Shown: piece after piece, positions 37,615-47,790 of the stretch
How positions within the stretch are numbered: position 1 is the stretch's first letter
Layout of the letters: each line of letters starts with the position of its first letter
Assembly: GCA_964652685.1 (NCBI GenBank)
Contig: CAZZBS010000001.1
Span: 1,298 to 65,297, forward strand
Origin: an uncultured Lentimicrobiaceae bacterium
GTDB lineage: Bacteria > Bacteroidota > Bacteroidia > Bacteroidales > SKPS01
Length of the DNA stretch: 64,000 bases
Direction of reading: 5' to 3'
The notes under the pieces: generated by a model
Database searches by the model: none
What the model was told of the DNA's origin: nothing
Seen by the model: the letters and a program-made list of their open reading frames with translations, nothing else
Translations under genes and position numbers: made by a program

Positions 37615-39024
37615 TCATTTGCTTCTGATGTTTTTTTCAGACCCAAAAGAGGTAAACCTGAATCCGGACTGCCTCTTGAATGAAATCCCTGTGCATGCAA
37701 ATACCACCGGCAGGATCATGATCCACAACAAACGACTTTGGTAACGGGGATCTACTGTTGACAAAGAACTGCAAACAAATGCATTCACGATCAGAGTGCC
37801 TAAAACATAGATCCCAAACAACCGTGTTTTTAATGACATCTTCATAAAAGGCAATATCAAAAGAAAGCATAAAGCCGGGAAAAAAGCCAGCATCTGCAGC
37901 TTATTTTGCCATTTAACAATAGGATCCAGGTCTTTTTTGTTCTGAAGGGACGACCGGTATTGATTTTTATACACGGGATATAAAGAGGTGAACACAGAAT
38001 CGGGGAAAGGTATTTCTGCAATACAGGGGATGGTATCAACATTAAAGCTAAAAAACTGCTCAGCGGTACCCTCAAGCGATTTCATCACATATTCTGTGAG
38101 ATACTTTGGTGTAGTGAGAATATCAAGGTTGATGGCATTGTATTCCTTTCGGTTTGCATACCACCCGCCGGTTTTGTGCAGCGGGCTATACTTCTTCCAG
38201 ATAAAGTCAAGGTTTGATGGCAGGCTATCCTTGTAGCGACATAGTTTATAATCCTTTTCATGACAACAGTTGTCCAGGTATTTTTTAAGGATCCCTTCCT
38301 GATTCAGTTTTGCGATCAGAAATACATACCCACCCGGTCCGGTTGTAAAACTTCGTTTATAAACCCATTCTCCTGTCCGCGGAAACATATAATGAATCGA
38401 ACTGCTCAACAGGAATGCTACCAGAAAGGCAGCCCAGATGTGCATCAACCTGAAGGGGTAAACTTTCAACAGTGAACGGAACTTGTTAAATATCAGCAAA
38501 ACAGAAAAAACAACCAGTACAATTCCCATGATAACGAAATGGGAGTTGTGAACGGTCAGACCCAGCATAAAAACCATGGTGATGATCCCTGCATCCCATT
38601 TGTTCAGTCTATCTGTAAATATCAGGAGACCGAGGTTCAGGATGGTGAGTGAAATAAAGATATCCGGAAGGATCATGCTCACATAGACAGAAACATATGA
38701 AAAAAGGGCAATTAAAAAAATGGTGATCAGAAAGAATAAATAGATACGCTTTGTTTGGAATACATACCTGAAATAGAAGAAAATGGTAAGTGCGGTCAGA
38801 AAGCCCTGACACAAAATTGTGAGCCAAAGGGTATGATTAAGACTGCTAAGCCTTACGAACAGTCCATAAATTACCGGCCGGTCGACAGGGACATAATATT
38901 GAAAAGCAGGGTAAATATAAACGGCTGAATCCCAATGAAGGAGGGGGAACCTATTATACCATCCGAAAAAACACAGCAGGATGGATGCGATGATCAGCAC
39001 ACCAATAGTTTTCAGGTTCTTCAT
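37615..39024 (-). CDS. Polytopic integral membrane protein, possibly a GT-C-type glycosyltransferase
   Basis: 469 aa with many hydrophobic segments in the first 230 or so and last 100 or so residues, around a soluble loop. It sits at the edge of the glycan island. The GT-C call is a resemblance only. Confidence 0.6.
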   Translation of the reverse strand: MKNLKTIGVLIIASILLCFFGWYNRFPLLHWDSAVYIYPAFQYYVPVDRPVIYGLFVRLSSLNHTLWLTILCQGFLTALTIFFYFRYVFQTKRIYLFFLITIFLIALFSYVSVYVSMILPDIFISLTILNLGLLIFTDRLNKWDAGIITMVFMLGLTVHNSHFVIMGIVLVVFSVLLIFNKFRSLLKVYPFRLMHIWAAFLVAFLLSSSIHYMFPRTGEWVYKRSFTTGPGGYVFLIAKLNQEGILKKYLDNCCHEKDYKLCRYKDSLPSNLDFIWKKYSPLHKTGGWYANRKEYNAINLDILTTPKYLTEYVMKSLEGTAEQFFSFNVDTIPCIAEIPFPDSVFTSLYPVYKNQYRSSLQNKKDLDPIVKWQNKLQMLAFFPALCFLLILPFMKMSLKTRLFGIYVLGTLIVNAFVCSSLSTVDPRYQSRLLWIMILPVVFACTGISFKRQSGFRFTSFGSEKNIRSK

Positions 39025-39127
39025 GACGATTTTCCTTACTCCATCATTGATACCTCAAAAATAAGCTACTTTCTCCGACTGTTATAAAAAAACGATGGGA
39101 TATCCTTCAAGGCCTGCAATTATTCCA

Positions 39128-39135
39128 TAGTTTTG
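39128..39135 (+). promoter_or_regulatory. Candidate -7 box TAGTTTTG
   Basis: 32 nt upstream of the ATG at 39167, in a divergent intergenic region. Confidence 0.3.
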
Positions 39136-39166
39136 GGCAGGTCAAATCAATCAATGATCATTTTGG

Positions 39167-40759
39167 ATGGAAATTGCCGACACTGAAAAAAGGGTTTGCG
39201 AAACAGGGGAACAAAAGGCAGTCATCATAGGTGCAGGGCCAGCGGGGCTTACAGCAGCCTACGAATTGTTAAAGGAAACGACCGTACGGCCGGTGGTCTT
39301 TGAAGCCAATGGCCAACCTGGAGGCATTGCCTGTACAATAAAAGTGGAGAAGAATCTGATAGACATCGGGCCGCACAGGTTTTTCTCCAAAAATGCACAC
39401 ATAATAGGTTGGTGGAATGGCATACTGCCCATACAAGGAGCGGGATCCAACACCTATAATCATGACCTGCCACCGGAACTCTTTCATGGTGACGGACCGG
39501 ACCCGGATAAGATCCAGGAGGTTATGCTGGTCAGAAAAAGGCAAACGCGGATATTTTACCGGGGGGCCTTTTTTAAATACCCTGTAAAGCTTGATTTACA
39601 GACCATAAGAAACCTGGGTTTATTCACTTCCATAAGTGCCGGATTCCGGTATGTCCATGCCATTTGTTTCAAACGTCAGGAAAAGAACCTTGAAGATTTC
39701 TTTATCAACCGGTTCGGGGAAAGAATATACCACATGTTTTTTGAGCATTACACGGAAAAAGTCTGGGGCAGGCACCCTTCTCAACTGGATCACAACTGGG
39801 GTGCCCAAAGAATAAAAAACATTTCCCTAAAAAACATCTTAAAAGAGATAGCCTGGTCCTGGATTGCATTACTAAAGCTTAACAGGAATCAGAATGGCGC
39901 TAAAAGACTCGTAGAGGAATTCTTTTATTTCCCCAAATACGGTGCAGGACAGATGTGGGAAACCGTTGCCGGAAAAATCGTTGCACAGGGGGGAGAGATA
40001 TTCTATAATAAAAGAGTTACCAGGATCAATATTGAAAATGATAGGGCTGTATCGATACAAACCCATGACGATGACACACCTCAACCATGCGATTTTGTGT
40101 TCTCTTCCATGCCCTTTGCTAACCTTTTTCATGCATTGAAGGGCATTGATATTCCTGATGATATCATGAAAACTGCACATGATCTTCCGTATCGTGCTTA
40201 TCTTTCAGCAGGGATACTGCTGGACCGGCTCGAATTGCAAAAAAATCCCAGGATTAGAAGGGGTCATGGGATGATCCGTGACAACTGGATGTACATTCAG
40301 GATCCCAAGGTCAGGGTAGGCCGTGTCTATTTTATGCATAACTTTTCTCCCTATATGCTTTATGACAAGGATAAATTCCTGATCGGAGCAGAATATTTCT
40401 GCGATGAAGGGGATGCATTATGGAATATGGAAGAGGGGGCTTTTACCAGTATGGCCATCGTGGAGCTTGAAAAAATAGGGATCCTGAGGAAGGAGGATGT
40501 TTGTCATGCATTTCAGATCAGGCAGGCAAAAGCCTATCCGGCTTATTATGGCAGTTATTATAAATTAGCTGACCTGACCGCTTTTCTCGATCGGATTGAA
40601 AACCTATACTGTATCGGAAGAAACGGACAGCACCGTTATAACAACATGGATCATGCTATGCTTACTGCCATCGAAGCGGTCAGACACCTGAAATCATTTC
40701 CACCAGATGATAAGTCGAAGATCTGGAAAGTAAATGTAACACCTGAATATCACGAATAA
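39167..40759 (+). CDS. NAD(P)/FAD-dependent oxidoreductase (amine-oxidase / HemY-like fold)
   Basis: KAVIIGAGPAGLTAAYELLKE Rossmann motif plus C-terminal YCIGRNGQHRYNNMDHAM. 530 aa. Confidence 0.8.
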   Translation: MEIADTEKRVCETGEQKAVIIGAGPAGLTAAYELLKETTVRPVVFEANGQPGGIACTIKVEKNLIDIGPHRFFSKNAHIIGWWNGILPIQGAGSNTYNHDLPPELFHGDGPDPDKIQEVMLVRKRQTRIFYRGAFFKYPVKLDLQTIRNLGLFTSISAGFRYVHAICFKRQEKNLEDFFINRFGERIYHMFFEHYTEKVWGRHPSQLDHNWGAQRIKNISLKNILKEIAWSWIALLKLNRNQNGAKRLVEEFFYFPKYGAGQMWETVAGKIVAQGGEIFYNKRVTRINIENDRAVSIQTHDDDTPQPCDFVFSSMPFANLFHALKGIDIPDDIMKTAHDLPYRAYLSAGILLDRLELQKNPRIRRGHGMIRDNWMYIQDPKVRVGRVYFMHNFSPYMLYDKDKFLIGAEYFCDEGDALWNMEEGAFTSMAIVELEKIGILRKEDVCHAFQIRQAKAYPAYYGSYYKLADLTAFLDRIENLYCIGRNGQHRYNNMDHAMLTAIEAVRHLKSFPPDDKSKIWKVNVTPEYHE

Positions 40760-40798
40760 AGATCCACTTCCCGGCTCATTCATCCTATTACTGTTAAC

Positions 40799-41662
40799 TC
40801 ATCCTTTTTCGCACAGGAATATCTTTTCAAACGGATCAAATCCGAAGTATGCGATTTCTTCCGGGGTAAACGTGTTCACATAACCGATTTCCGAGACATG
40901 AAAACCTGCACCGGAAATTCTTTGCCCGTAATCCTGTCCGTATTTACGCACATGGTCTCTTTGCCCGAACAATTTTTCACGCTCCTCCGGTGTTGTGACA
41001 GCCGGATCTTCCAGGGTAGTTTCAAGGTTATAGAATACCGGTGACTGGAAGATACCCCATCCCCCTCTGGCCATCACCCTGTACATTTCTGCCATGGCCA
41101 TGTGATCATTCACCACATGCTCAAGCACATGACTGCATAAGATCACATCAAAGGAATCATCGTCAAAGGGAAGATTACAAAGGTCGGCTTTCAGGATTTT
41201 TCCCGGGTAACCCTGGTAATGGGATTGCTCCGGATTCAGATCACACGGATAATAAAGGATAAAGGGCAACCCGGAAAAGAAAGTAAAAAATGGCTTGATG
41301 GGCGCTATTTCGAGCAATTTCCAGTGGATCCCGTCGAAGAGCTTCGTATGGTCATGCAGGTAATGCCAAAGGAGCCTGTGCCTGGGTAGCGATCCGCAGT
41401 TGGGACATCTGCCCGTCGGAGATTCCACCTTGCATTCCAGTCCGGATGGGGATATGCCGTGGGATTCCAAAATCCATTTATACACCGGGGCAAATGAGGA
41501 AAATTCCTGGTTGCATACCGTACAGTTCACCCCTTTGCCCCGGTATTGCTGTAACTCCATGTCGCGGATGACATGTAGGATATGCTCCTGGTTCTTTTTA
41601 ACCAGTTGGAATGCTTTTCGCCGGACTTTCCCGTTTTCTCCCGATGTATCATTCATGATCAT
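40799..41662 (-). CDS. Class I SAM-dependent methyltransferase with N-terminal zinc-ribbon-like Cys pairs
   Basis: CTVCNQEF...CPNCGSLPRHR, then LLEIAPIKPF and DVILCSHVLEHVVNDHMAMAEMYRVMARGGWGIF (Methyltransf_11-like). Confidence 0.8.
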   Translation of the reverse strand: MIMNDTSGENGKVRRKAFQLVKKNQEHILHVIRDMELQQYRGKGVNCTVCNQEFSSFAPVYKWILESHGISPSGLECKVESPTGRCPNCGSLPRHRLLWHYLHDHTKLFDGIHWKLLEIAPIKPFFTFFSGLPFILYYPCDLNPEQSHYQGYPGKILKADLCNLPFDDDSFDVILCSHVLEHVVNDHMAMAEMYRVMARGGWGIFQSPVFYNLETTLEDPAVTTPEEREKLFGQRDHVRKYGQDYGQRISGAGFHVSEIGYVNTFTPEEIAYFGFDPFEKIFLCEKG

Positions 41663-42573
41663 ACGGTGTTTCGGGTCAAATACCGGTATTGTTTCCAGTA
41701 CTTTTTCAAGGGCATGAAAATGCTGACAAGCCAGATCTTCTTCCTCAACTTAAAGAAATTCAAAAGGATAAAGAGTTTGATTTCCGATTTTCGCAATTGC
41801 CAGACCCCAGCCCAATGGATCAGGAAAACCTCCCGCCATAGCCCATGATGGAAGATTTTCAAGCCCTTTTTCAGGTTTTTTCTTCCATTGCCCGCCCAGT
41901 ATTCCACATAGTTCTGCGGATAATATGCTGTATCGATCAGATTCCACAAACTCGAATGCCTCAATCCGGAGGTAACGATGAGATAATTCAACAGCGGCTG
42001 CTCCAGGCAATACAACTCCATATGTGGGGAGAGTGCCTGCGCTTCAACGGCCCTCTGCCAAAGGGTATCAGCAGAAATATTGTTTTTTGCTGATACAATG
42101 AATCCGGTATTTGCCGCATACCGGATCTGTTCCGGTGTCAGTTTTCCTGTATCATATATGGATGGTTTCCATACCCATTTTTCAGCTTCTGAAATGTTGG
42201 AAGTGGAGGTAATGAAATCAAAATGTTCAAGCAGTTCAAATGCGAATTCAATATTCTTAAGAACGATCATATCCACATCCATATACACAAATTCATCAAA
42301 AATACCCTGCCAACAGGCCAGTTTGCGGTAATGTCCGGTCACTTCGGCATGAAACAACAAACTGATACGGTCACACAAGGACAGCATGGTTGAATCCCGG
42401 TAAACTGAAAAATGGTATTCCTCCTGTAATGCCTCCAGTTTCTCCGCATCCTTCCTGAAAGGGATAAGGCACAAGGGCAGATCGGGATGATACACCCTGA
42501 AACTGTTCAGGAAGGCAACTGTCAGATCAAGGATCCTGTCGTTGGCAAGGAAATATACGCCTCGTGTTTTCAT
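41659..42573 (-). CDS. Putative nucleotide-sugar glycosyltransferase (GT8-like fold)
   Basis: MKTRGVYFLANDRILDLTVAFLNSF start and YMDVDMIVL (DxD). ATGA overlaps on both sides. Confidence 0.5.
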   Translation of the reverse strand: MKTRGVYFLANDRILDLTVAFLNSFRVYHPDLPLCLIPFRKDAEKLEALQEEYHFSVYRDSTMLSLCDRISLLFHAEVTGHYRKLACWQGIFDEFVYMDVDMIVLKNIEFAFELLEHFDFITSTSNISEAEKWVWKPSIYDTGKLTPEQIRYAANTGFIVSAKNNISADTLWQRAVEAQALSPHMELYCLEQPLLNYLIVTSGLRHSSLWNLIDTAYYPQNYVEYWAGNGRKNLKKGLKIFHHGLWREVFLIHWAGVWQLRKSEIKLFILLNFFKLRKKIWLVSIFMPLKKYWKQYRYLTRNTV

Positions 42574-43529
42574 GTGCCTGGCTTCCCGGTATTCTTAAAC
42601 TTACCTTCATTTTGTTTCGGTATCAGCTCCGTGAATCCATATGGGTCAATCCGCATGTCGTTACCGTAATGTTCCGGATTTATATGGACAACAGAGGACA
42701 TCCCATCCCAGAAAGCTTTCCGTCCATAGGCCGGGCTCATATACCTGGCGTGTTTGAAATTCATGAAATGGAGATAAAGAAACCTTTCATCCCCATCCCT
42801 ATCATTGGTAATATGCCCGTCTTTCCAGTACCATACCGTCGGATGCAATGGATTCCCATCTTTCCACCTGCCTGGTGTCAACGGGGTGGTGTGTTGTTCC
42901 ACAAAATAAACATTCTTTCTGTACCTGACGGATGAGGGGTGGCTCCAGTCATACATCCGGTGCAACCCTCGGGGAATTTTCGCAGGATATAGGAAAAGCG
43001 AAGAAAAATAATCCTCATCAAACCGCTGATTGTGTTGCTTTTCCAGAATTTCCTGCCAGTTACTGATCCTGTAGAACGCTTTTCTCAGCCATTCTTCATT
43101 TCTGATCAGCGCCAGATGTCCTGATATGCACCAGGTATGGGTACTGATGATATTGTAATGATTAAGAATGTCATCTGTATAAAAATCCCTGATGCGGCCA
43201 TAAATCACATCGATATCACCATATCCGAAGAAATCATAGTCCTTGATCTCTTCTTCATACAAAACACCATAGGCAGGACGCAGATCGCAGAGTTTATACG
43301 GATCGGCCGTATCAAAACGGACATTAAGCTTCTGGTTGACTGTCCGGATATAATCTTCCCTTGTACAAGGCTTGAACATGATATTACCGGCATCCAAACC
43401 TTCTACAGGGCAATCTGTATGGAACAGCCAGTTGATATCAGGATTCTTTCTGCAGCTTTCAAGGAATAGCGGGAACCATTCAGGCCAATGCTCTCCGAGG
43501 AAATCAATGATGATGATGATCGATTTCAT
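42570..43529 (-). CDS. Capsule-locus-type hypothetical protein (resembles DUF6625 family)
   Basis: SIIIIIDFLGEHWPEWFPLFLESCRKNPDINWLFHTD resembles the N-terminus of a family seen in EPS loci. The family name is from memory. Confidence 0.5.
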   Translation of the reverse strand: MKSIIIIIDFLGEHWPEWFPLFLESCRKNPDINWLFHTDCPVEGLDAGNIMFKPCTREDYIRTVNQKLNVRFDTADPYKLCDLRPAYGVLYEEEIKDYDFFGYGDIDVIYGRIRDFYTDDILNHYNIISTHTWCISGHLALIRNEEWLRKAFYRISNWQEILEKQHNQRFDEDYFSSLFLYPAKIPRGLHRMYDWSHPSSVRYRKNVYFVEQHTTPLTPGRWKDGNPLHPTVWYWKDGHITNDRDGDERFLYLHFMNFKHARYMSPAYGRKAFWDGMSSVVHINPEHYGNDMRIDPYGFTELIPKQNEGKFKNTGKPGT

Positions 43530-43538
43530 AACATCCGG

Positions 43539-46040
43539 CTAATCACGACCTCCTCTTTCCCGATGCAGTTTTTCCCTGAGAACGGTTGTGAAATCCTTCA
43601 TGTGCTGCTTTTTCATGAGCCCCTGGTTTGCATCATGGATGCGTCTTTTATAGACCACCTTTTTGACTGACAGGATGGTCAGTCCTATGTGTTCAACCCT
43701 GGTAAACCAGTCAACAACTTCGGCAAGCTGCAGTTTCTCGTTCAGCGGGCCGACTTTATCAAGCAGTTCACGTTTTATGAGCAAACAACCCAGATGATAT
43801 CCCGGCATTGTTTTCAACTCCTCCCTCAGCAGGTGATGATGGGTAACTGCCAGTTCAGGGGAGACAAACTGTTCAATATCCCCCATGACCAGATCATATC
43901 CCGGGTTTTCCTCCAGGGCGTGCAGAAGTATTGAGGTATGCCCCGGCAACCAGATATCATCGGCATCAAGAAAGGCAATGTATCTGCCACACGACTCACC
44001 TATCCCTGTATTGCGGGCTGCGGCAGCACCCCTGTTTTCCTGCCTCACAATCCTTATCAGCGGCACAAAACGTTCGGCGATTTTTACTGTGTTGTCTGTC
44101 GATCCGTCATCAACGACCAATACCTCCGTATAGGCTGTATCCTGGCTTAATACGCTGTGGATTGCTTCGGCAATGTATTTTTCCCCGTTGTGCACCGGGA
44201 TGATGACGCTTACATCCACCCGTTCCTTTTTCTCCTGATAGGGATTTCGTATCCGGTCGAGTGACCTTTTGAACACTTTCAGCGCATTCAGTTCCACCAG
44301 CGTCTTTCCGCCGGTCATGTTGGCATTGTGCCTGCGGACATACAGGGTTACCTCCTCAAGCTTCTTCAGGTTGATATCCATTTCAGAAGCTCGTTTATAC
44401 CAGTCACTGTCCTCTCCGGTGTAAGCAAAAAGTGCATCAAACATGCCCACCACACTGAATGCCTCTTTCCGGTACAGTCCGGCGCCAAGGTATCCGGGAA
44501 AGGACTCCAACGGATTGCCGATATACTCATACAAACCTGTCTGAAGGTTCCGTTCCGTGTGTTGGGCATACCCCTGGACAACCAGGATGTCATCCTCTGC
44601 CAGAAGTTCATCCATCAGGTGGTTCAGGTTGTTTTCCGGCCACAGGTCGTCCACATCCAGCAAAGCGATAAAGTCACCCGTAGCTTCCATGATCCCCCGG
44701 TTCCTGGCAACCGCCGGGCCCTGGTTTTCCTGGAAGAAATACCTGTAATCAATTTTAAGCTCCTTGATTACTTCTTCGGAATTGTCGGTTGAACCATCGT
44801 TGACAAAGATGATCTCAAGGGAGGGATAATTCTGCGCTATAATGTTTTCTATGGCATCATGGATAAAATTAGCCCCGTTATATACGGGTACGATAACACT
44901 GATCAGCGGCCTGAATGATGATTTTTCCAGGTCCGGTTCCCTGGGGATGGGATGAATCCTACCGGCAAGGTACTCCTTCAGAAGGTGGGGCGCTGTATCG
45001 GTATCCTGCCCAAGCGTTAGCAAATAACATGGAAGTTCCCGGATGAGATCCGTGATGAAATTCTGTGTGTATTCACCTGCATAAGGAAGTTGTGACATGG
45101 TGGTGAATGAAAGGGCACCCAGGATCTTCCTGAAAGGTATTTCCGAAAGGATACTTATATCAGATGTGCCAATTTCAGGTTTTACGATAGCTTTTAAAGG
45201 CAATTCACCTATGATCCTGTTTTTTAATGCAGGATACAGAAAAAACAGCAGTTTTTCATACGACAGGTCCTCTTGTCTCTGTATATAGGGCGCAAATTCA
45301 GGGAAACGGTTCAGGTCATCAGGGAGGAGTTTGGCTGTGCAGTAAAGGCTTTGAACAACCGGTTCAGGCTTACGCCTGATGATCAGATAATCATCAGCAA
45401 GGTAATACAGTCCGTTTTTTAAACTTGAAAGAGCGGTGGTTGATTTGCCACTTCCCCCTTTTCCGGTGATAACAACAGCCCCGTCACTGGTGCCCACAGC
45501 AGCAGCATGCAGAAGCTGGCCGTTGTTTTTTTCCATCCACCAGTGGAACAGGGTGCGGAGGGGAGCTGCAAACACCCACATAGGAAGGTATTCCACGGTT
45601 TTCACCCAATAGAAGCCCGTGTTTGTTTCAAGGTCCATCAGGTTGAGTGAAAAATCGCTCCAGTGAAAGGCAGTCCTGATCCGTTTGCTGTTGAATCCCC
45701 AGAAATCACCCCTCTCGGTAAAATTGGCACGCTCACATGGTGGTGGCAACATCTCAACAGATGTACTCCTGCTATCCCAAATCAGGATCTCCAGATCGGC
45801 TGTCAATGGCTCTTCACTCTCCAGATGCATCAAAGCAGTCGTAAGATAAGGAACAAGTTCATCTCCTGCAAAGACAAGGCAAACAGAAGTATCCCCTATC
45901 CGGTAATAACGTTTTATCTCTCCGGTAACTGAAACAGCTTCCCTGAACCGGTCAACACTACGGTTGAAAAAATCGAGCTGTTCGGCTTCGCTCTTCTTGG
46001 GTGCATCGATACGGGGCTTATCTATTTGGGTGTTGTCCAT
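43539..46040 (-). CDS. Three-domain fusion: HPr-kinase-like P-loop domain + GT2 + GT2
   Basis: Residues about 180-225 read HAAAVGTSDGAVVITGKGGSGKSTTALSSLKNGLYYLADDYL (compare HprK ITGxSGxGKSxxAL...ADD). GT2a: ISVIVPVYNGANFI...IIFVNDGSTDNS...LLDVDDLW. GT2b: VSVIIPVHNGEKYI...VLVVDDGSTDNT...FLDADDIW. The ATG at 46040 lies one codon inside the listed TTG start. Confidence 0.85.
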   Translation of the reverse strand: MDNTQIDKPRIDAPKKSEAEQLDFFNRSVDRFREAVSVTGEIKRYYRIGDTSVCLVFAGDELVPYLTTALMHLESEEPLTADLEILIWDSRSTSVEMLPPPCERANFTERGDFWGFNSKRIRTAFHWSDFSLNLMDLETNTGFYWVKTVEYLPMWVFAAPLRTLFHWWMEKNNGQLLHAAAVGTSDGAVVITGKGGSGKSTTALSSLKNGLYYLADDYLIIRRKPEPVVQSLYCTAKLLPDDLNRFPEFAPYIQRQEDLSYEKLLFFLYPALKNRIIGELPLKAIVKPEIGTSDISILSEIPFRKILGALSFTTMSQLPYAGEYTQNFITDLIRELPCYLLTLGQDTDTAPHLLKEYLAGRIHPIPREPDLEKSSFRPLISVIVPVYNGANFIHDAIENIIAQNYPSLEIIFVNDGSTDNSEEVIKELKIDYRYFFQENQGPAVARNRGIMEATGDFIALLDVDDLWPENNLNHLMDELLAEDDILVVQGYAQHTERNLQTGLYEYIGNPLESFPGYLGAGLYRKEAFSVVGMFDALFAYTGEDSDWYKRASEMDINLKKLEEVTLYVRRHNANMTGGKTLVELNALKVFKRSLDRIRNPYQEKKERVDVSVIIPVHNGEKYIAEAIHSVLSQDTAYTEVLVVDDGSTDNTVKIAERFVPLIRIVRQENRGAAAARNTGIGESCGRYIAFLDADDIWLPGHTSILLHALEENPGYDLVMGDIEQFVSPELAVTHHHLLREELKTMPGYHLGCLLIKRELLDKVGPLNEKLQLAEVVDWFTRVEHIGLTILSVKKVVYKRRIHDANQGLMKKQHMKDFTTVLREKLHRERGGRD

Positions 46041-46069
46041 CAATCGGTTTTTTTCCTGGAGGTATGTTT

Positions 46070-47758
46070 CTATTCACAAGCCGTAAGAACACCATCATTC
46101 AGATGATAGATCTTTTCAGCAAAATTAATAACATTCCTTTCATGACTAATGATAAGGATAGCAGGTAACGGCTGGATTGAGCCCAGGTTGTCCATAATTT
46201 TACCGATGGCATTGCTGTCGAGGTGGTTGCCGGGTTCATCGAGGATTAGCAATTTAGGATTACGGTACAAAGCACGTGCGATGGCAATGCGTTGTCCCTC
46301 CCCGCCACTGAGCAAAACACCCTCATCCCCGATCGGTGTGTTATATCCTTCCGGAAGCTTCGCTACAAAGTCATCCGCCAGTGCGAGACTGGCAACATGC
46401 CTGAGTTGATCCATATCCACCTTTTCAGCACCATAAACAATGTTCTCAAGTATGCTGCCCGGAAAAAGGGGAGGGTGCTGGGCAACCACTCCAAGATGCT
46501 TACGGAACTCAACCATATCAAGCACCGGATAATGGCATCCTGACGCTTTTATTTCACCCCTCAGCGGCACCAGTAAACCACAGATCAGATTCAGGATAGT
46601 GGTTTTACCCGAGCCGTTGGCTCCGACGATGGCGACCCTCTCCCCCGGCCTGATCTGAAATTCCATACCCTTCAACACAAGGTTGTCGTCATAGGCAAAT
46701 GAAATCCCTTTCATTGTGATCTCACCGTCGAAATCGATTGTCTTCGCTCCTGTGTACAGGCTTCCCTTATGAATGGAGAAAAGTTCAAACAAAGTGTTCA
46801 GTGATACGTTCCCGGCAATGATGTCCGGAATGGAGGTCGTGATCATGTTCACATATTTATTCAGGTACATAGCAGCCAGGTAAAACGACAGGAAATCTCC
46901 AAGTGTCATGGATTTCACAGCTACAGAAATCCCACCGATAATGATGATGACAATAGCGGTCAGCCCGGTCAGGATCTCCTGCAACTGCAGGTTGACAGCA
47001 AAAATATCAGCCATGCGGCTGGTCTTTTGCTGCAGATCGACAAGGACACCCTTCTGATGGGCCATCTCCTCTTTCTGGGCCGACTGTATGGTGGTAAGGG
47101 GCATATACCTGAGGACAAAATAAATCCCTTTACTGAATTCCTCAAAAGCGCGTTGAAAAACAAAGACCCGTCGTTTGATCTTTTCCCCCATGAAACGGTT
47201 GGCAAAGATCAGTATGGGAAAAAGAGAAACAATGATAAGCAACAGATACCAGTTCAGGATAAAACAGGCAATCAAGAGCCCAAGACCGATAATGACCGAT
47301 GGTAACAACCTGGAAATAAGGGCCGTGCTCATGTTGCACAACCTCTCAGTGTCCTGTACAATGCGGGTGTGTAAAATCCTCAAATCTGATTTCGCATAAA
47401 AGAGATAAGAAAATCCATAGAGTTTCTTCAGAAGGCTTTCACGAAGGTCAAAAACAGCCTGGTTGATGATCCGTATATGGTATTTCCTTAATATTACCGA
47501 TAACACTGAATTCATCAGTCGCAGAAGAAAAATGGCAATGCCGATCCATATCAGCAGGGAAATATCATGATCAGGGATCACGACATCAAAGGCATGTTTG
47601 ACAAGCAGAAGAGACGGGATGATGATCAGGGTTTGCCCGACTGACGCAAAGGTTGTCCAGAAAATCTTGCCATATTGTCCAGAAAAGAAACCTGCATAAT
47701 ACCTCCAGGCCTTTTTTGAGAACTTTGGAAAAGAATTGACCCTGTTGTTTTGAGACAT
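46070..47758 (-). CDS. ABC exporter, fused permease + ATPase half-transporter (MsbA/McjD-like), no C39 peptidase domain
   Basis: 562 aa with six N-terminal TM segments. Walker A GANGSGKTT, signature LSGGEGQR, Walker B LLILDEP. Confidence 0.9.
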   Translation of the reverse strand: MSQNNRVNSFPKFSKKAWRYYAGFFSGQYGKIFWTTFASVGQTLIIIPSLLLVKHAFDVVIPDHDISLLIWIGIAIFLLRLMNSVLSVILRKYHIRIINQAVFDLRESLLKKLYGFSYLFYAKSDLRILHTRIVQDTERLCNMSTALISRLLPSVIIGLGLLIACFILNWYLLLIIVSLFPILIFANRFMGEKIKRRVFVFQRAFEEFSKGIYFVLRYMPLTTIQSAQKEEMAHQKGVLVDLQQKTSRMADIFAVNLQLQEILTGLTAIVIIIIGGISVAVKSMTLGDFLSFYLAAMYLNKYVNMITTSIPDIIAGNVSLNTLFELFSIHKGSLYTGAKTIDFDGEITMKGISFAYDDNLVLKGMEFQIRPGERVAIVGANGSGKTTILNLICGLLVPLRGEIKASGCHYPVLDMVEFRKHLGVVAQHPPLFPGSILENIVYGAEKVDMDQLRHVASLALADDFVAKLPEGYNTPIGDEGVLLSGGEGQRIAIARALYRNPKLLILDEPGNHLDSNAIGKIMDNLGSIQPLPAILIISHERNVINFAEKIYHLNDGVLTACE

Positions 47759-47790
47759 AATGGCTTTACCTGTTTGAGGCCTACCCCCTG

